Positions 27,012 to 32,000 of a stretch of DNA of 32,000 bases are shown piece by piece. Every line of letters starts with the position of its first letter. The first letter of the stretch is position 1. Made by a program: the position numbers and the translations under genes. The DNA is taken from assembly GCA_964648855.1 (NCBI GenBank), contig CAZYLT010000011.1, positions 66,000 through 97,999 on the forward strand. The letters are read 5' to 3'. Origin of the DNA: an uncultured archaeon (GTDB taxonomy: Archaea; Asgardarchaeota; Thorarchaeia; Thorarchaeales; Thorarchaeaceae). Below the pieces are notes generated by a model, which saw only the letters and a list, made by a program, of their open reading frames with translations, did no database searches and was not told the DNA's origin.

Positions 27012-30000
27012 CTCTCAATCCCCATTCTTTGGGATTAGCTTCTGTGACCATGGGGGAGCTTGTGAAGCCAGCCGTAGAATATGTTGTCTTTCAATCCCCA
27101 TTCTTTGGGATTAGCTTCTGTGACACGCGGGTATCCATCTTCATTGTGGTCCAGTCCACTTCCTTTCAATCCCCATTCTTTGGGATTAGCTTCTGTGACT
27201 CCAATCGTCGAGATACTCTCCAAACGCCTGCCCCAATACTTTCAATCCCCATTCTTTGGGATTAGCTTCTGTGACGGTCCTCAATCTTGGCCCCAACCTT
27301 AACGCTATTGAGTATCTTTCAATCCCCATTCTTTGGGATTAGCTTCTGTGACTTATGAGCGAAGAAGATATTTTTAACCGCGTCATGGACACTTTCAATC
27401 CCCATTCTTTGGGATTAGCTTCTGTGACCATACGCTATGAACGTCGCCCACATAGGCTTCGGATCCACTTTCAATCCCCATTCTTTGGGATTAGCTTCTG
27501 TGACGGGGTCCAAGCGATACCCTGAAGTTGCTCTTGAATCACAATCTTTCAATCCCCATTCTTTGGGATTAGCTTCTGTGACTCTACGACGATTACGCCA
27601 GAATGAAAGGGGGCTACGACTCCTTTCAATCCCCATTCTTTGGGATTAGCTTCTGTGACAAGGATAAGGTGGTGGTCGCGACGAAACGGGTCTCGGTCTT
27701 TCAATCCCCATTCTTTGGGATTAGCTTCTGTGACCTTGTGAGCTGAATCCCGCGTCTGCAGTTGCAAGATTAACTTTCAATCCCCATTCTTTGGGATTAG
27801 CTTCTGTGACCTGAAGACGTGGCTACGAGATGAGAGCAATCGACAGATCTTTCAATCCCCATTCTTTGGGATTAGCTTCTGTGACAGAGGCTATGCGAAA
27901 AGTGGGGTTTGGCGACTACTGGACCTTTCAATCCCCATTCTTTGGGATTAGCTTCTGTGACCTTCTTACAACACACTAAATTCCCGTCACTGCACTTCAA
28001 CTTTCAATCCCCATTCTTTGGGATTAGCTTCTGTGACTATCTGTGCCATCAGGGTCCTCGATGACCACCTTCCCTGCCTTTCAATCCCCATTCTTTGGGA
28101 TTAGCTTCTGTGACCAATTTTTGCTCATGGAAGTGTCTTAAGGCATGGATCTTTCAATCCCCATTCTTTGGGATTAGCTTCTGTGACTCAAGGTCAACAA
28201 ACAGTCGGTCTCAAAGATGTCCGAACTTTCAATCCCCATTCTTTGGGATTAGCTTCTGTGACTTGTATATTTCTGATGGAACCAGTGTTACAATGTATGT
28301 CTTTCAATCCCCATTCTTTGGGATTAGCTTCTGTGACAACGGTATTCCGCTCCGTGCGGATGACGCTATGGCAGCACTTCGCCAGATCTTTCAATCCCCA
28401 TTCTTTGGGATTAGCTTCTGTGACCATATTATGGATACTGATTGTGATGGAAGTTGGCAAGATCTTTCAATCCCCATTCTTTGGGATTAGCTTCTGTGAC
28501 AAACGCGGGCGACAGATAGAATTTAGAACGGCGACGATACGCCTTTCAATCCCCATTCTTTGGGATTAGCTTCTGTGACAAAATTGACTTTCCCGACGAC
28601 GGTAACAATATCGACACACTTTCAATCCCCATTCTTTGGGATTAGCTTCTGTGACGATGTGACTGGGAAATATGTTGAGTTGTATGTGCGTGTCAACTTT
28701 CAATCCCCATTCTTTGGGATTAGCTTCTGTGACGACGGAGAAAAGAGACTCAGAGCATGGATTCACGCCAACTTTCAATCCCCATTCTTTGGGATTAGCT
28801 TCTGTGACTCTGCGACTCGTGAAATCATGCTCTGGCCATATCGCCCTTTCAATCCCCATTCTTTGGGATTAGCTTCTGTGACTTTTGTTGAGTTTAGTAT
28901 GTTTTGGTTTCTTACATTCCTTTCAATCCCCATTCTTTGGGATTAGCTTCTGTGACCGCGGTCGTTTTCTTGTTGTGGTCAATTGCCCTATCTTTCAATC
29001 CCCATTCTTTGGGATTAGCTTCTGTGACTTAGTGTGGCAAGAGCGCCATCTGTCGTTCTCTCAGCCTCTTTCAATCCCCATTCTTTGGGATTAGCTTCTG
29101 TGACTAGTACAGAAGCACGTGCTGATGATACCGAGCCAATCATCTTTCAATCCCCATTCTTTGGGATTAGCTTCTGTGACATTATAGCCGTTCCATTGCT
29201 TACCGGCGGTGCAATGACACTTTCAATCCCCATTCTTTGGGATTAGCTTCTGTGACCCCAATCTTCTCCAGCATCATCATAATCTGCTGGCATTGCTTTC
29301 AATCCCCATTCTTTGGGATTAGCTTCTGTGACCCAATTACACCATGGAAAACACAGGTTGGGAAACTGAGGACTTTCAATCCCCATTCTTTGGGATTAGC
29401 TTCTGTGACAAGCACACACCCGGACCGCGAACCACCAAGACGGGAATGCTTTCAATCCCCATTCTTTGGGATTAGCTTCTGTGACACTCGAAGATTGAAC
29501 GGACTGTCCATGTATACCTGACCTTTCAATCCCCATTCTTTGGGATTAGCTTCTGTGACTACGGAGGAATAGAACAACATGATACACACAAGACACTCTT
29601 TCAATCCCCATTCTTTGGGATTAGCTTCTGTGACTACAGATGGATTGGCTGGGGTTAATGTCTATATACAAAACTTTCAATCCCCATTCTTTGGGATTAG
29701 CTTCTGTGACTCAAAACATGTGCGGAACAGATTGCGACAGAACGCAACTTTCAATCCCCATTCTTTGGGATTAGCTTCTGTGACCTGATATTGCTGCAGC
29801 AGCAAACTTAGAGGTGGCACCACTTTCAATCCCCATTCTTTGGGATTAGCTTCTGTGACGAGCCAGGAGTGGCAACTCATCACCGCTGACAGTTTTCCTT
29901 TCAATCCCCATTCTTTGGGATTAGCTTCTGTGACCTGGCGGGATTTGCTCACAAAAGCGACGATGCCTGGTGCGCTACGCGTGCTTTCAATCCCCATTCT

Positions 30001-32000
30001 TTGGGATTAGCTTCTGTGACTCAAAACATGTGCGGAACAGATTGCGACAGAACGCAACTTTCAATCCCCATTCTTTGGGATTAGCTTCTGTGACGCAATA
30101 TCCGGCGCGCCGCTTGAAAATTCTGCAACGATTCTTTCAATCCCCATTCTTTGGGATTAGCTTCTGTGACTGCGATAATTGGCGCCGTGGCATTTCGCGA
30201 CAGATGATCTTTCAATCCCCATTCTTTGGGATTAGCTTCTGTGACCTCTCTTGGACGATGAATGTTGCTCGTCCGGCAACACCCTTTCAATCCCCATTCT
30301 TTGGGATTAGCTTCTGTGACTCCATTTTTGTCGGGAATAGTTGAAGGACTCAATGCTCTTTCAATCCCCATTCTTTGGGATTAGCTTCTGTGACCAAGTC
30401 ATATTTGCGCCGTGGGAAGTATCAGTATATGACTTTCAATCCCCATTCTTTGGGATTAGCTTCTGTGACCCTCTATAGTCAAGCGGTTGATATCCTGACG
30501 AATATCTTTCAATCCCCATTCTTTGGGATTAGCTTCTGTGACTCAGGACCGAACTAGATGAATATGCTGAGCAGATCCCCTTTCAATCCCCATTCTTTGG
30601 GATTAGCTTCTGTGACGAAGAATTTATCATGGATAAATTACGTAAGAGATACTTTCAATCCCCATTCTTTGGGATTAGCTTCTGTGACTTGGTAGGATGG
30701 ATTAAGCGGTTGAAGGGAGTTATAGTCTTTCAATCCCCATTCTTTGGGATTAGCTTCTGTGACGACGTTACCATCAAGACCACGGCGGACACATACTTCA
30801 ACTTTCAATCCCCATTCTTTGGGATTAGCTTCTGTGACCTCCCGATAAAAAATGAGAACGAAACTTGCTTGGCACTCTTTCAATCCCCATTCTTTGGGAT
30901 TAGCTTCTGTGACCTCAATAGCATTGTAGGATTTTCCTGTGCTTGACCCAGCCCTTTCAATCCCCATTCTTTGGGATTAGCTTCTGTGACTGCGCATGGA
31001 AAACAAGAAGAACTACTGTCGTCTGACATCTTTCAATCCCCATTCTTTGGGATTAGCTTCTGTGACAAATAGAGGTTTGACAATTACAGATGATTTCCTG
31101 ATATGCTTTCAATCCCCATTCTTTGGGATTAGCTTCTGTGACCATGTTAACAGACAAAGAACTAGATATTTTTCATTGGGCCTTTCAATCCCCATTCTTT
31201 GGGATTAGCTTCTGTGACTCCTCATAGAGGCCTCTGAGGATGGTTCTACGTGGTCAACTTTCAATCCCCATTCTTTGGGATTAGCTTCTGTGACAATAGA
31301 CGTGCAAGAGCACGATGTAGATCTATCTGTGGTCTTTCAATCCCCATTCTTTGGGATTAGCTTCTGTGACATCCCAGTAGAAGTCTGTATAGGTGAGACG
31401 TTGCACGTATCTTTCAATCCCCATTCTTTGGGATTAGCTTCTGTGACTTCTTGGCCATCATCTCTTTCACATCAAAGCCAAACATCTTTCAATCCCCATT
31501 CTTTGGGATTAGCTTCTGTGACAGTAATTCGCATATACACGAGAGCAGCGATGAAGGCCAGTACAACTTTCAATCCCCATTCTTTGGGATTAGCTTCTGT
31601 GACTATTCTAGAAATTCATGATTTATTTGGTGATCTTTATTCTTTCAATCCCCATTCTTTGGGATTAGCTTCTGTGACTCAGCATCAAAAACAAGTGCAC
31701 TATCTTCTACATATACTTTCAATCCCCATTCTTTGGGATTAGCTTCTGTGACATAGAAAAATTGAGAGGGAGAGTAGAAAAAGGAGTACATTTACTTTCA
31801 ATCCCCATTCTTTGGGATTAGCTTCTGTGACAATGTTGATCTTTTTCCTTTTCATTGTGACACCCCTTAATCTTTCAATCCCCATTCTTTGGGATTAGCT
31901 TCTGTGACTGAGTTTCAATGGCTTTGTTTCCATTTGCATATTAGCCTTTCAATCCCCATTCTTTGGGATTAGCTTCTGTGACAGGGCGCCTTTTTGCTTC
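27012..32000 (-). CRISPR. CRISPR array with a 37-bp repeat; 66 repeats and 65 full spacers (35-50 nt, mostly 37-40) in the window, continuing past the window end
   Basis: Repeat on + is CTTTCAATCCCCATTCTTTGGGATTAGCTTCTGTGAC. On the minus strand it ends ATTGAAAG, the typical Cas6 8-nt handle. The leftmost copy (27012-27048) carries a T>C change, consistent with the trailer end, so the leader should lie beyond 32000. Counts were made by eye. Confidence 0.99.

Noticed and set aside
30246-30283. Spacer with two overlapping 6-bp hairpins; other spacers have short palindromes
   Set aside because: Stems this short are expected among 65 spacers.
27029-31742. Many ORFs with recurring FQSPFFGISFCD / FNPHSLGLASVT / VTEANPKEWGLK peptides
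   Set aside because: These are translations of the CRISPR repeat, not proteins.
31909-31945. Spacer shares TTTCAATGGCTTT with the MFS gene near 1179-1191 (possible self-targeting)
   Set aside because: Only 13 nt and the flanks disagree, so it is compatible with chance. No full self-match was seen in the window.
1-32000. cas genes, transposases, integrases, tRNA or rRNA genes
   Set aside because: No supporting motifs recognised; the CRISPR subtype cannot be assigned from this window.

Overview
Archaeal-looking chromosome segment. Evidence: TATA-like boxes, GGTGA/GGAGG ribosome-binding sites, frequent TTG/GTG starts and an archaeal-type HisG; an Asgard/Thorarchaeia-like host is my inference only. 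1-17.8 kb is mostly nutrient scavenging and housekeeping: three MFS transporters, an APC amino-acid permease, an M42 aminopeptidase, a methyltransferase, a thioredoxin-like protein, flavodoxin, a membrane-anchored Holliday-resolvase-like nuclease, a large secreted EEP nuclease with two lamin-tail domains, and a PadR-ABC operon with a perfect operator. 17.8-20.1 kb is a small accessory patch: a frameshifted zinc-finger ORF, a stand-alone HARP-like protein, and a DUF3307-like membrane protein plus SatD (nucleotide-cyclase-like + HTH) pair behind a double palindromic operator. That pair is followed by an isolated, degenerate copy of the CRISPR repeat about 7 kb from the array. 20.4-26.8 kb is a hisGDCBHAFI operon (no hisE, no histidinol phosphatase) with a long, structured 5' leader. 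27.0-32.0 kb is a CRISPR array: 66 repeats of 37 bp by my count, running off the window end, with no cas genes in the window. The best candidates for something undescribed are the DUF3307-SatD module with its solitary repeat-like RNA, and the his leader RNA.
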